A DNA stretch of 63,405 nucleotides, filler included, from Octopus bimaculoides (GCF_001194135.2; 8 parts of 7 records of this genome joined end to end with filler, not necessarily neighbours in it), one strand, 5' to 3'. Positions 25,578 to 38,075 are shown, numbered from the whole stretch's first letter. A program made the numbers and translations. Notes: generated by a model not told the origin, from the letters alone.

Positions 25578-25876
25578 ATATATAATTGTGTAACATATTT
25601 AAAGAGCGAAGCATTAAAAAGACAATAAACAACAAATGCACTGTAGTCACAAGATGCGATTTTGAAGAAGAATAATATGTAGGATTGTGAGAAGGAAATT
25701 TGGAATAGAGTTCCCTATATCATTGAAAGGAAACTGCATTTGTGGCCAAGAAATGAGCAAGAGATGAATATTGCAAAAACAAAACAAAAAAAAAAATCCG
25801 AAATTTCTGGACATACTTTTGTCAATTTCCATTGCATAGAACACAGGAATATTTAAAAAATACAGCAAACAAGAAA

Positions 25877-26878
25877 CTATCCTTTTCCTTTCTCCCCTGT
25901 ATGAATACGTTTGTGTCTTGTTAAGTCACTATTTTTAGAGAATGATTTACCACAGATATCACAATGATGTGGTTTCTCTCCAGTATGAATACGTTTGTGT
26001 CCTGTTAAGTGAATACTTTGAGAGAATGATCTACCACAAATATCACAGCCATAAGGCTTCTCACCTGTATGAGTACGTTTGTGTTTCTTTAAGGCATCAC
26101 TTTGAAAGAATGATTTACCACAGACATCACAATGATATGGTGTCCTTGTATGGATACGTTTGTGTGCTGCTAAGGAACTAATTTGAGAGAATGATTTGCC
26201 ACAAATATCACAATGATATGGTCTCTCTCCTGTGTGAATACGTTTGTGCGTTGCTAAGGAACCATTTCTAGAGAATGATTTGCCACAAATATCACAATGA
26301 TATGGCTTCTCTCCTGTATGAACACGTTTGTGTTTCTTTAAGGCACTATTTTCAGAGAATGTCTTACCACAGATCTCACAGTGATATGGTTTCTCTCCTG
26401 TATGAATACGTTTGTGTGTAGAGAGACTAAAACTTTCAGAGAATGATTTATCACAGATCACATAGTGATATGGCTTCTCTCCTGTATGAATACATTTGTG
26501 TTTCTTTAAGATACAACTTATTGAGAATGTCTTACCACAGATCTCACAGCGATATGGCTTCTCTCCTGTATGAGCACGTATGTGTTTCTTTAAGTCATTA
26601 CTTTGAAAGAATAATTTACCACAGACATCACAATGATACGGTTTCTCTCCCGTATGAGTACTTTTGTGTTTCTTTAAGTCATTACTTCGAGAGAATGATT
26701 TACCACAAATATCACAGTGCAATGGTTTCTCTCCTGTATGAATACATTTGTGAGAATTTAGGTTACATTTGAGAGAATAAACCTTTTTACAAATGTCACA
26801 GTCATAAGACAATTTTCTCTTCTCTTTTATCATGTGTTCAGAGGAAAGCAATTCTTTAAGTTTCTCATTCTTTTCCAT
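25877..26878 (-). CDS. C2H2 zinc-finger protein, 11 fingers (finger 5 lacks the first Cys), 333 aa (ZNF-2)
   Basis: Uninterrupted ORF with TGEKP-linked fingers; N- and C-termini homologous to ZNF-1 (MEKNEK/MDKSEK; HTGEKGK); conserved acceptor at 27230. Confidence 0.95.
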   Translation of the reverse strand: MEKNEKLKELLSSEHMIKEKRKLSYDCDICKKVYSLKCNLNSHKCIHTGEKPLHCDICGKSFSRSNDLKKHKSTHTGEKPYHCDVCGKLFFQSNDLKKHIRAHTGEKPYRCEICGKTFSISCILKKHKCIHTGEKPYHYVICDKSFSESFSLSTHKRIHTGEKPYHCEICGKTFSENSALKKHKRVHTGEKPYHCDICGKSFSRNGSLATHKRIHTGERPYHCDICGKSFSQISSLAAHKRIHTRTPYHCDVCGKSFFQSDALKKHKRTHTGEKPYGCDICGRSFSQSIHLTGHKRIHTGEKPHHCDICGKSFSKNSDLTRHKRIHTGEKGKG

Positions 26879-27529
26879 TATTATCCTCTTAAATATCAGT
26901 TAAAATATTTTTCTTGTTTTATTCTTATACTTTATTCCTTACAAATAATTCTACTGCTGTATTTCTCTCCAGTGTTACCTTTCTCTGGCAGCAATTACAT
27001 AAATTTAACTAACTTTCATCAGCACAGAAGCTCCTCCTCTTGACACTCCAGTCAGTGATGTTCAGAAATTTGGCTAATATTATTTCAGAGCAAATATTTT
27101 ACAGGAATTCTACGACAGGTTTGTAGAAACGATGTTCTACTTCTGTTTTGTATAATATTTTCCTTTAGTCTTTAAAAAATGGTAAATATTGAGAATATTT
27201 CTTCTGCTATGCCAATGTCACTTGATGTTCTGAAATTATAGAGAAAGAACAGTGTAAGATATAGAGGCTATGTAAAAAATACAGATTCATTTCTATTGAG
27301 ATAAACTGTAAAAATAAATATTCAACAACTGAATATTTTAATTTATTAAAATTTACATCACAGAATCTTGTGTGAAGCTTACATATCCACACATATCCAT
27401 AGTGTACATACACACACAAGCATCTATGTATACATATATGTATATATATGTTTATGTATTTATACGTACGTTTGTGTATCTATTTGTGAGCTGTGAGCAC
27501 AGATCTGTTTCTGTCTGTCTGCATATGTA

Positions 27530-28435
27530 TTGAGTCATTTCATAAATAATGCGTCTTTTTATACTTCTTTTATTTTTCAAGATGAAGATAAAGTCATATT
27601 TTAATCTAAAATATACTCTCCTTCATTTTCTATAATGCTCTTCCATCTATCTGAGAGACATGCAAGGCTTCTCTTCCAAAATTCACTTCTCCATCATAAA
27701 AAATATTCCTCTGGTACTGTTCTGACCTCGTCTACAGAATTCATATTTTTTTCGTCCAAATGATTATGAAGACTGCAAAATAAATGATAATCAGATGGGG
27801 TAATATCTGGCGAATATGGTGGGTTGGGCATTGTTTCCCATTTAAACAACTCCAGCCTTTGGAATGTCATCTTCACTATATGTGGGTGAGTATTATCCTG
27901 ATGGAAAAACAACTTTCATCTTGAAACCAAAGATGAGCGTTTTCTTGTAGAGCAGGTGTCGATCAATTGTTGAATGATCAAATTCAAACTTCTCTGTTAA
28001 TTCCTCAACAGTTTACTATAGGATTTTACTCCACCAAGGCTTGCAGGATGTCCTTGTCGAGCGCTACAAATCTTTCAGGATGAGGGTCATCTTCTAAGCC
28101 TTAGTTTCCGGCTCGGAATTTCTGGAACCACTGTTGACACTGGCTTATGCTTATTGTCCGACCCCCTTACACTGCATCAATATTCATTGCTCTTTCTGTT
28201 GCGTTGTTGCCTTTATTGAACACAAAAAGCAAAATATGCCGAATATGCTCCTTTGTCACTTGCATTATAGCTTCGAAAAAATAACTGTTAAAATCGAACT
28301 GCACTCTTTAAAACTTGCACTAAGAATAAGGATAAGGTAAAATTATTACCTGCTTTTAAAGCAAGTTGACACAGGTAGTTTATCCTGTCCCCCTCCAAGT
28401 TTTAGATCATAATATCGCATTAAGGGATGACCCAA
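27530..28435 (-). mobile_element. Mariner (DD34D) element, internally deleted, TA-flanked
   Basis: FHQDNTHPH...NPPYSPDITPSDYHLF; TIRs TA|ttgagtcatttcataaataatgcg and cgcattaagggatgacccaa|TA. Confidence 0.85.
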
Positions 28436-28455
28436 TATATGTATATATACATATA

Positions 28456-28855
28456 GGCACAGGCGTGACTGTGAGGTAAGAAATTTGCTTCCCAACTATA
28501 TGGTACCAGGTTCAGTTCCACTGTGTGGCAACTTGGGCAACTGTCTTCAATTATAGCCTCAGGCCAAACAAAGTGGACTTAGCAGATGGAAACTGAAAGA
28601 AGCCCATAAGAGATATATGTATGTATGTGTATGTGTGTGTGTGCGCATGTGTCTGTATTTGTCCTACCATCACTGCCTGACAGCTGGTGCTGGTGTTTTT
28701 ATATCCCTGTCATTTAGCAGTTCAGCAAAAGACACCAATAGAATAAGTACTAGGCTTAAAAAATAAGTCCTGGTGTTAATTTGTTTGATTAAAATCCTTC
28801 AAGGCAGTGCTCCAGCATGGCCACAGTCAAATGAGGGAAACAAATAATAGAATAT
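28456..28855 (+). mobile_element. tRNA-derived SINE family C, near full length
   Basis: Head ggcacaggcgtgactgtgaggtaag...ggttcagttcca; core cttgggcaa..gtcttc; tail gtgctccagcatggccacagtcaaatga. Confidence 0.8.
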
Positions 28856-29044
28856 AAATTTCTATATGTTAAATCTAATTACATTTTGGATACACACTCT
28901 TCTCTATACATCACTACTGACTTTCTCACTGGAAAAGCCTTCCCTATATATTGCACAAATGTAATTATTTTGCCCAAATAAATTGCACTTCATATTCCCT
29001 GGATCCAATAAAGCTGTAGAATGTTATTCAAGCACACGTCTGCT

Positions 29045-29820
29045 TTTCATGTTGACACGGGTTGGACCTTTTGACTGAGAGCTACAATCTGATCTGGCAA
29101 AGTTTCTACAGCTGGACACTCTTCCTAACGCCAACCACTCCGAGATTGTAGTGGGTGCTTTTTAGGTACCACTGGCACGAAGGCCAGTCAGGCAGTACTG
29201 GCATCAACCACGCTCAAATGGTGTCTTTTATGTGCCACTGACAGAGGTGCCAGTCAGGCAACATTGGCAAACGATCACACACAAATGATGCTTTTTACGT
29301 GCCACTGGCATGGGAACCAGTCACGCAGCATGGTAACGGTCATGCAAAAATGGTGCTTTTAATATGCCACTGGCACATGTGCCAATCAGGCGTTACTGTC
29401 ATCGGCCACAACAACGTTTTCGCTTGCCTCAACAAGTCTTCGCAAGTGTAGTTTATTGCCCAATGACTGAAGGGTACTCTTAAACGGGCTGGTCATGCTG
29501 CACTGGTATAGGCCACGGTTATGGTCTCACTTGGCTTGCTGGGTCTTCTCAAGCACAACATATCTCCAAAAGTTTTGGTCACTTGATATTGCTTCAGTGA
29601 AGCCCTGTGTTCAAAGGTTGTGGCTTCACCACTTCATCCCAGGTCTTTGTGGGTCTACCTCTTCCACAGGTTCCCTCTACTGCTAGGATGTGACGCACAG
29701 CTGTCCTCATCCATTTGCAACACATGACCATACCAGCACAGTCGTCTCCCTTGCATACCACGTCTGATGTTTCTTAAGTTCAACTTTTCTCTCAGAGTGC
29801 TTACACTCTGTCACGTATGC
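29045..29820 (-). mobile_element. RTE LINE 3' end
   Basis: Minus strand RRLCWYGHVLQMDEDSC...VEGTCGRGRPTKTWDEVVK; 3' UTR with tandem gtgccactggc subrepeats. Confidence 0.85.
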
Positions 29821-29941
29821 AAGGGCTCGTAACTTCGAGAANNNNNNNNNNNNNNNNNNNNNNNNNNNNNNNNNNNNNNNNNNNNTTAATTAATTAANNN
29901 NNNNNNNNNNNNNNNNNNNNNNNNNNNNNNNNNNNNNNNNN

Positions 29942-29973
<32 letters not shown>

Positions 29974-29999
29974 TGTGTGCTAACAAACGCACCTGTCTT

Positions 30000-30306
30000 T
30001 TGGGCGGTTTAAGTTGCTTTGGTGGTATGTTTTTTACCAAATAATTGAACTACCAAGAAGGTTTATGAGTAGCACGGAAGTCACTACGCTTTCTTAAACC
30101 CAAGTGGGATTGTGAGAAGTTAGAAACCAGCAGGGCTTCAATACGAAATACCAATCCACCAATGTAAGACTGTACGGAATGCCTTTACAAGAACAGATTT
30201 CTTTCTTTAAGTGAACGACAGGTGGAGAGAGAATGGTGCAGGAGCCGCCCTTTATGAGTACCGAAGACATATCTCATTGTTTTGTTTAATAAAGAAACGG
30301 GTAAGT
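30000..30306 (+). promoter_or_regulatory. Candidate promoter / first exon ending in a consensus donor
   Basis: GGGCGG (about 30001), ACGGAAGT (ETS-like), two CCAAT near 30151-30163, GCCGCCC, then CGG|GTAAGT at 30300/30301. Confidence 0.35.
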
Positions 30307-30529
30307 AAGCTATAACTACGCAAGAATCACCGCCGTCGCCTCCTCTCTCGTTTCTAACTACGGTAGTAACAGAAACAGCAACAAGAACAACAATATTAAA
30401 TGTGTTTTTATAACAGTGGAAGCAGTAATGATGACAAGAAAAACAATTGTAGCTGCACTTTCATAACTACCGCCGCCGCCACTGCCTCAGCCGTCTCCAT
30501 CGCTATCACCACCACTGCCCTCACCACCG

Positions 30530-30629
30530 CCACCACGGCTAAGTGGTTAGGGCATTCGGCTCACGAGCGTAAGGTCGTGAGTTCAATTCCCGGCGACGCG
30601 TTGTGTCCTTGAGCAGTATACTTTATTTC
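30530..30629 (+). mobile_element. tRNA-derived SINE head with CORE-like box (family F), cut by gap
   Basis: ggctaagtggttagg A-box, gagttcaattcc B-box, ttgtgtccttgagcag; related to 49540-49830. Confidence 0.7.
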
Positions 30630-31659
30630 NNNNNNNNNNNNNNNNNNNNNNNNNNNNNNNNNNNNNNNNNNNNNNNNNNNNNNNNNNNNNNNNNNNNNNN
30701 NNNNNNNNNNNNNNNNNNNNNNNNNNNNNNNNNNNNNNNNNNNNNNNNNNNNNNNNNNNNNNNNNNNNNNNNNNNNNNNNNNNNNNNNNNNNNNNNNNNN
30801 NNNNNNNNNNNNNNNNNNNNNNNNNNNNNNNNNNNNNNNNNNNNNNNNNNNNNNNNNNNNNNNNNNNNNNNNNNNNNNNNNNNNNNNNNNNNNNNNNNNN
30901 NNNNNNNNNNNNNNNNNNNNNNNNNNNNNNNNNNNNNNNNNNNNNNNNNNNNNNNNNNNNNNNNNNNNNNNNNNNNNNNNNNNNNNNNNNNNNNNNNNNN
31001 NNNNNNNNNNNNNNNNNNNNNNNNNNNNNNNNNNNNNNNNNNNNNNNNNNNNNNNNNNNNNNNNNNNNNNNNNNNNNNNNNNNNNNNNNNNNNNNNNNNN
31101 NNNNNNNNNNNNNNNNNNNNNNNNNNNNNNNNNNNNNNNNNNNNNNNNNNNNNNNNNNNNNNNNNNNNNNNNNNNNNNNNNNNNNNNNNNNNNNNNNNNN
31201 NNNATATATATATATATATATATAATAAATGAGTATATACATATATACGTACATGTATGTACATACCTACATCTACCTGTATATATAGATGCATATCTGG
31301 GTACAGGACGTTGCAAACAAAACAGACAAAATGAGGAACAGAGTACAGAAAACACACAGGCCACATAGAGAACATTTCCTTCATCAGCTGCCACCATTCT
31401 AACACTGGCGTTTCGAAGAGTTAGGGCAGGACGCATCGTTAAAATGGCTCTTCCCACGGACCACAAATTAAATTTGTACCGTGGAGGAATGTAGTGGCGG
31501 ACAGAAAACAAGACAGGAAAACAAAACAGTAAAATAAACAAAAAAGGCTATACGGCCAGATATATATGGGAGGAGCACTATAGTAGAAGACACTTGCCTA
31601 AAGTGCAAACCATGTGGGTGGGAAGTAAACTTCCTATCACACAGCTATGACTGCACCTT

Positions 31660-31867
31660 CAGTGGTCTTCAACCATTTTTTTTTGCCAGTGGATCCTTTT
31701 GATTCTTCTGCACCCCCGCCCCTATGTCTATTCAATGTTTTAAAAAATCCTACTAAATTTTTATTGTTAAAATATTGTTAAAATATTTTGTGTATAACCA
31801 ATTTAATGCACATAAATTTTAACAGCAAGATCTCATGGGTCAGACGGACCACGGTTGAAAACCATTG
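31660..31867. mobile_element. hAT-type MITE
   Basis: TIRs CAGTGGTCTTCAACC / GGTTGAAAACCATTG; no intact TSD. Confidence 0.6.
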
Positions 31868-32381
31868 GCTTAAATGGTAAAGTTCTTTCCAAAATTCCTC
31901 GTAGTATTAAAACTATGTCTGTTCACGTTATCGGTTTAGAACCTGCCACTGCAGATATTGTCTATCATCGCTGAAATTGTTAAATTAAATTAGTAGACTC
32001 TGTACTTTAGCTGATTAGATCGACGGCATTCGTTCCCGAAATAATACGTGTTCTTGTGCCAAAGTTAGAAATCACTGCTATTTTTGTTGTTATCTGCAAT
32101 CATTTGTTTACGTGAAGCTATTTTATTTCTGCGATGACAAAAATATAACTCTGAGTATGTACAAACTGAAAAATTCTTCATGAAGAAACAAGAATTAGTT
32201 TGTCTTTCTCTGGTTCTACTTATCATTTAAGGAGTCTATAACATTCCACAGATACCAACCAATCACTGATTTATTTGTATATAAATATAAACTATCTGTC
32301 AATGGTAGTGAGCTGATGGAAGGTTTAGAGCGTTCGACGGGACGTCTTGCGGTATGTGTTCCAGATAGTTGCCTTCTGAGT

Positions 32382-32769
32382 GGAGGCGCAATGGCCCAGT
32401 GGTTAGAGCAGCGGACTCGCGGTCATAGGATCGCGGTTTCGATTCCCAGACCGGGCGTTGTGAGTGTTTATTTGAGCGAAAACACTTAAAGCTCCACGAG
32501 GCTCCGGCATGAGATGGTGGCGAACCCTGCTGTACTCTTTCACCACAACTTTCTCTCACTCTTACTTCCTGTTTCTGTTGTGCCTGTAATTCAAAGGGTC
32601 AGCCTTGTCACACTGTGTCACGCTGAATATCCTCGAGAACTACGTTAAGGGTACACGTGTCTGCGGAGCGCTCAGCCACTTGCACGTTAATTTCACGAGC
32701 AGGCTGTTCCGTTGATCGGATCAACTGGAACCCTCGACGTCGTAAGCGACGGAGTGCCAACAACAACAA
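32382..32769 (+). mobile_element. Full-length tRNA-Arg-like SINE (family A, about 390 bp) inserted into a decayed family-B SINE
   Basis: A-box tggcccagtgg, TCG anticodon-like loop, B-box-like gtttcgattcc, (CAA)n tail; TTCTGAGT at 32374-32381 and 32776-32783. Confidence 0.9.
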
Positions 32770-32939
32770 TTTACTTTCTGAGTTCAAATCTCGCTGTAAT
32801 CCACTCAATGTAGACTTACTTTATTGCTCGGTTTAATCCCATCACCCGCCCTTGGGTGCATTTAGCGTGAGTGAGGTACTAGTTTGACTAGTTTGCACAG
32901 CGTAATCGGAACGTTTGGTGGCTCGCTGTGCAATAAGAT

Positions 32940-33505
32940 TTTGTGTTAAACTGAAAACAAATACGCTATAGAAATTTATGAAATGCTCCAGACTGGTCAT
33001 GGATTAACTTTTCCGTTGGCACAAAAGGTTGAAGGCTGGTAGGGAGGTGAAGGAGAGAGAGGGATCTCAGAACATCAGAGCTGGTTGAGAAAATTCGCAA
33101 ATTTTTGGATGAAGACTGTCATACAGTTTGAAGTTGGTGTAACAACTGTGCGCAGAATTATTCATGAAGATCTAAATACGTGCAAACTCTGTGCAAAGTT
33201 CCTTCTCTGAATGCTCAGTGAGAAGCATCCTGGTAACCAACTACTTGACAGAGATGGGAATTCAACCTGTCCCTCATTCTCCTGACAGTCTAGACCTTGC
33301 TCTCTGTGACTTTTGGTCGTCCTCGAAGCTGAAGGAGAACCTCAAGGGCTGTCGTTCTGAAGACGAAGAAAGTTGTGACAAGGATCCTGAACGGTTTCAC
33401 CTTAGAGGCCTTCATGGAGGCCTTCACGAAGTGCGTGGAGCGCTATTTCTTTGAAATTAATCAATGTTTCTCCTGAAAAATCTCAAAACTTCTGGAAAGC
33501 GCTTC
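32940..33505 (+). mobile_element. Mariner transposase remnant
   Basis: VGVTTVRRIIHEDL...GIQPVPHSPDSLDLALCDFWSSSKLKENLKG; terminal ttctggaaagcgcttca|TA. Confidence 0.8.
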
Positions 33506-33615
33506 ATATATGTATGTATGTATGTATATATACATATGTATGTGTGTATGTGGGTGTATAAGTATATATATATATGTGTGTGTGTGTATGTATGTACGTA
33601 TGTATGTGTGTGTGC

Positions 33616-33667
<52 letters not shown>

Positions 33668-33831
33668 NNNNNNNNNNNNNNNNNNNNNNNNNNNNNNNNN
33701 NNNNNNNNNNNNNNNNNNNNNNNNNNNNNNNNNNNNNNNNNNNNNNNNNNNNNNNNNNNNNNNNNNNNNNNNNNNNNNNNNNNNNNNNNNNNNNNNNNNN
33801 NNNNNNNNNNNNNNNNNNNNNNNNNNNNNNN

Positions 33832-33866
<35 letters not shown>

Positions 33867-34468
33867 AAACACACATACGTACATACACATGTAGACAGTT
33901 TTCTTAAATAAACGAGCATTTTATGAATTGACACAACCCAGCAAGTGTTTACATATTCTCACGCGACTGGATCACAACGTTGTTTACAAACTTGTCAGCT
34001 TTTGCCAGTATATTTCTAAAGTTCTGTTTTATGATAACATCGTGGAATTATTCGAGCTGTGTTCCAATTTACGACTAACACTATGACGTTATAATATAGC
34101 GCGACCAATCATTTTACGTTTTAGACATCGAGAAATATGTTGCATCCTGTTTCTGTTCGTAAACAGGATGCAAGAGGAAAAATATTCTTGAGAGATGTCA
34201 GTTATGAGCAGCAAAATGAGAAACTGCGGCGAATAAGCTTTAAAATAGATTTGTGTGTCCAGATGATGAGGCGGGGAGTAAGGTAGATCTTGAACTCTGG
34301 TGGAAGTAAGGTACCCCCTGCTCAATAATCATGTAAAGATCGTGGCATAACGGATTTATCAAATCTGCTTCATTCGTTTCCAAGATGATCTAACAAGCCT
34401 TAACACCTTCAACTCAGTGCATACTTTGCAGTGTAAGGTACAGCAAGCTGTAGATGAGTCCTTTAAGA

Positions 34469-34763
34469 CAGGGGTTTTCAAACTGTAGTCCGCGGACCAC
34501 AGGGGGTCCGCAAGGACAAGACAGGGGGTCCGTGGACAGCAAACACTTTTTATGGGCAATTTGATTTTATATATGTTTTTTAATCGAAATATTTTAATTG
34601 ACAATAAACCTATTTGTTAAATACTGTTAAATAAATAAATGTAAAAATATGTTATTTTAAGCAAATATTTATGTATAAATTTCATAAGCGTTTATAAGGG
34701 GGTACCTAAGGTAAAGCCTGAAATATAAAGGGGTCCGCAAGTCAAAAAGTTTGAAAACCCCTG
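34469..34763. mobile_element. hAT (Charlie-like) MITE with perfect 8-bp TSD
   Basis: TIRs CAGGGGTTTTCAAACT / AGTTTGAAAACCCCTG; CTTTAAGA at 34461-34468 and 34764-34771. Confidence 0.92.
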
Positions 34764-34850
34764 CTTTAAGACTACAGAATCGTTTAAGAAATGAAGCAAA
34801 CATCAGCTTAACAAGTCAAAACAGGTTTTCGAAAACAAGAAGAAAAGGGT

Positions 34851-35182
34851 AAGAAGTTCGCTTCATATCCACGTGGTTTCAGGTTCAGTCCCTCTGTGCA
34901 GCACCTTGGGCAAATGTTTTCTGTAACAGCCCCAGGCCGATTAATACCTTGTCAGTGACTTTGGTAGATGGAAACTGTGTGGAATCCCGTCGTATATGTA
35001 TGTGTGGTATGTTTGTGTGTGTCCTCCTTACCGCTTAACAACTGGTGTTAGTTTGTTTATGCCATCGTAATTGAAGTAAACACAAGACTTTAAAAATAAT
35101 TAAGTGCTGGAGTCGATTTGTTCGACAAACCGTAAAAGCTGTGTTCCAGCATGAATGCAATATAATGACTGAAATAAGTAAA
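34851..35182 (+). mobile_element. SINE family C, degraded
   Basis: ggttcagtcc..gcaccttgggcaaatg..gatggaaactg..tgactgaaataagtaaag. Confidence 0.7.
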
Positions 35183-35362
35183 GATGTAAAAAAAAAATTT
35201 AAAAAGAGAGGTGAAGTATTTCTGGACGCAGCAAAATTTCTTCCAAATTTATGGTAAATAAAACTATCAATCAACTGTATAAGACAAAATGTCTTCTTGC
35301 CTCTCTTTAAATAAAACAGGTGTTTATCAGAGAAATAACACACGCACACACACACAGCTCCG

Positions 35363-35755
35363 CTCCAATACTCAACTGGTACTTAATTTATCGACCCGGA
35401 AAGGATGAAAGGCAAAGTCGACCTCGGCGGAATTTAAACTCAGAACGTAAAAACAGACGAAATACCGCTAAGCATTATGCCTGGCGTGCTAACGTTTCTG
35501 TCAGCCCGTCGCCTGAAATAAAAATAATAATTAAAAATAATATGATGGTGGCGAACTGACAGAATCATTAGCACGCCGGACAAAATGCTTTGCAGTATTT
35601 CCTCTGTCTCTACGTTCTGAGTTCAAATTCCGCCGAGATCGACTTTGCCTTCATCCTGTCGGGGTCGATAAAAACAAGTACCCGTTGAGCACTGGGCTCA
35701 ATGTAATCGACATATCGCCTCCCCGAAATTACTGGCCTTGTGCTAAAATAGGAAA
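35363..35755. mobile_element. Two family-B SINEs head-to-head (35363-35513 minus; 35547-35755 plus)
   Basis: Both carry gttctgagtt(c/t)aaattccgccgag(g/a)tcgactttgcc in opposite orientation; 33-bp AT-rich spacer. Confidence 0.8.
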
Positions 35756-36303
35756 CCAATTAAATTTTGTAGGTGAACCTAGATTATAAATTCGTTAATT
35801 ACATAATTATCTGAAAAATGGCTTATCTACAAAGCATTCCTTTCCGGAACTATCAATGCGAATTCGTACATGGACCTTAAAACTTACATAAAGACATGTT
35901 TAACTATTACATAACATCAAGGTTATTTTCCTCTTCTCTTCTTTCCCACTCTACCTTTTTACGACGGATGGGGGGAAAGGGGATAGTGGGTAATTAATGG
36001 CTGTCTAGGTAATATGTAATTACCTGGCTGCACGCCAATACAATTACACCCCTACCTCAGAAACTTCTGATGTATTCGTTTGTATAACCAATGCGTTATA
36101 TGTGTCTATATGTATACCATATANNNNNNNNNNNNNNNNNNNNNNNNNNNNNNNNNNNNNNNNNNNNNNNNNNNNNNNNNNNNNNNNNNNNNNNNNNNNN
36201 NNNNNNNNNNNNNNNNNNNNNNNNNNNNNNNNNNNNNNNNNNNNNNNNNNNNNNNNNNNNNNNNNNNNNNNNNNNNNNNNNNNNNNNNNNNNNNNNNNNN
36301 NNN

Positions 36304-36340
<37 letters not shown>

Positions 36341-36933
36341 GCCCAAAAGCGTCCATTAAACTCTAGATAATAATGGTCGCTGTTATATGTGTTGCATAGC
36401 AAAAGCAACGCCCAAAACGAGATAAAAGCATTGTTTTGTTTTAGAAAATAATTACAAATGTTTTATCGAACGTAGTATCACTTACAACACAGAACAGGAT
36501 TTTCTTCTCTAATGGACGCCGTCGTTAAATATATGTTAGTTGTGGAAACCTTTTTTCTATTTTTACAATGCGATTACTAAAGACTACAATGGTTTCTAAG
36601 TAATGCTCAAGGCCAGCAATTTTTAGAAGTGGAGGTATTAGTCGATGCTATCGACCTTAATACTTATTGGTGCTTTATTTAATGGACTCCAAAACAATGA
36701 AAAGATAACCGGATAATAATCACTTCTGATTAAGGCACATGGCCAACAATTTCAAGGGGGTGGCTGAATCGATACTAGCGACCTCAGTTCTTGATTGGTA
36801 CTTTATTTAATCGATTCAGGAAGGATAAAATGCAAAGTTGACTTCAGTAGGGTTTGAACTCGGAATACTGCAAACCATTTCTTTTGACGCTTTGGTGATT
36901 TTTCCCTCTTATTGCCTTGGTATTGACTATTAT

Positions 36934-37275
36934 GTGGAAGCGCACTGGCCCAGTGGTTAGGGCAGCGGGCTCGCGAGCATAGGATCGCGGTTTCGATTCC
37001 CAGACCGGGCGTTGTGAGTGTTTATTGAGCGAAAGCACCTAAAAGCTCCCCGAGGCTCCGGCAGGGGATGGTGGCGAACCCTGCTGTACTCTTTCACCAC
37101 AACTTTCTCTCACTCTTTCTTCCTGTTTCTGTTGTGCCTGTAATTCAAAGGGTCAGCCTTGTCACACTGTGTCACGCTGAATATCCCCGAGAACTACGTT
37201 AAGGGTACACGTGTCTGTGGAGTGCTCAGCCACTTGCACATTATTTTACGAGCAGGCTGTTCCGTTGATCGGATC
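36934..37275 (+). mobile_element. SINE family A, 3' end in gap
   Basis: Colinear, high-identity match to 32382-32730. Confidence 0.9.
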
Positions 37276-37432
37276 NNNNNNNNNNNNNNNNNNNNNNNNN
37301 NNNNNNNNNNNNNNNNNNNTTAATTAATTAANNNNNNNNNNNNNNNNNNNNNNNNNNNNNNNNNNNNNNNNNNNNTGATGATGATGATGATGACGATGGT
37401 GATGATGATGATGATGATGATGATGATGGTGG

Positions 37433-37478
<46 letters not shown>

Positions 37479-37481
37479 GAC

Positions 37482-37515
<34 letters not shown>

Positions 37516-38075
37516 AAGAGCAACAACAATAACAACAACGTAATAACTAATATACTAAATTTCATTTTTCACAGGAAGGATAATTTCCAGGTTTATTATA
37601 AAAGATATAGCTTACAGTTCCCATAATCATAAAACATTATCAGCTAATTAATTAATTAATGCACTGTTATGCAAATCGGACATGCCAGTTTCGTGTTGCT
37701 TGAGTTTGAATACACAGAGGTAAATCCACAGCCGTCACTCGCAAACGAGAATAGCACGACGTAATATGCTCACATGGTAACATGTTCTATGCTTTCGCGA
37801 ATTGCTTTGCATAGCGCTATATAGTAGTGGTCAGTAGCCACAAGGACTCTCGCCACGCTCTTACTGTTGACCCGGCTGGGCATCGAGGATAGCTTGAAGA
37901 AGAGAATGCTGCATTAGCACCAGGTAGATACTGTCTTTTTTTTATACTGGACTGGAATAATGCAAAATGAAATGTCTAGTTGAAGACTGCAACGTTCTGC
38001 CCTCTCCCGGATTCGAATCCACGATCTTATGATTGTGAACTCAGCTCACTGACTATTTGGTCACATGTCTTCATA

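Noticed and set aside
28341-28353. Minus-strand donor CAG|GTAATA as ZNF-2 exon 1
   Set aside because: Lies inside the mariner element
31370-31460. GAAAC and CUGAUGA close together on the minus strand, with a GAAGAG/CUCUUC stem
   Set aside because: Could not build stems I and III or a NUH triplet in any permutation; at best a highly decayed relic
32382-32455. tRNA-Arg-like sequence (also 36934, 40840, 30530, 49540)
   Set aside because: No acceptor-stem closure; each continues into a SINE body
34089-34340. Possible Tc1/IS630-like remnant (also a TIR-like end at about 54350-54378)
   Set aside because: Motif match too weak to call
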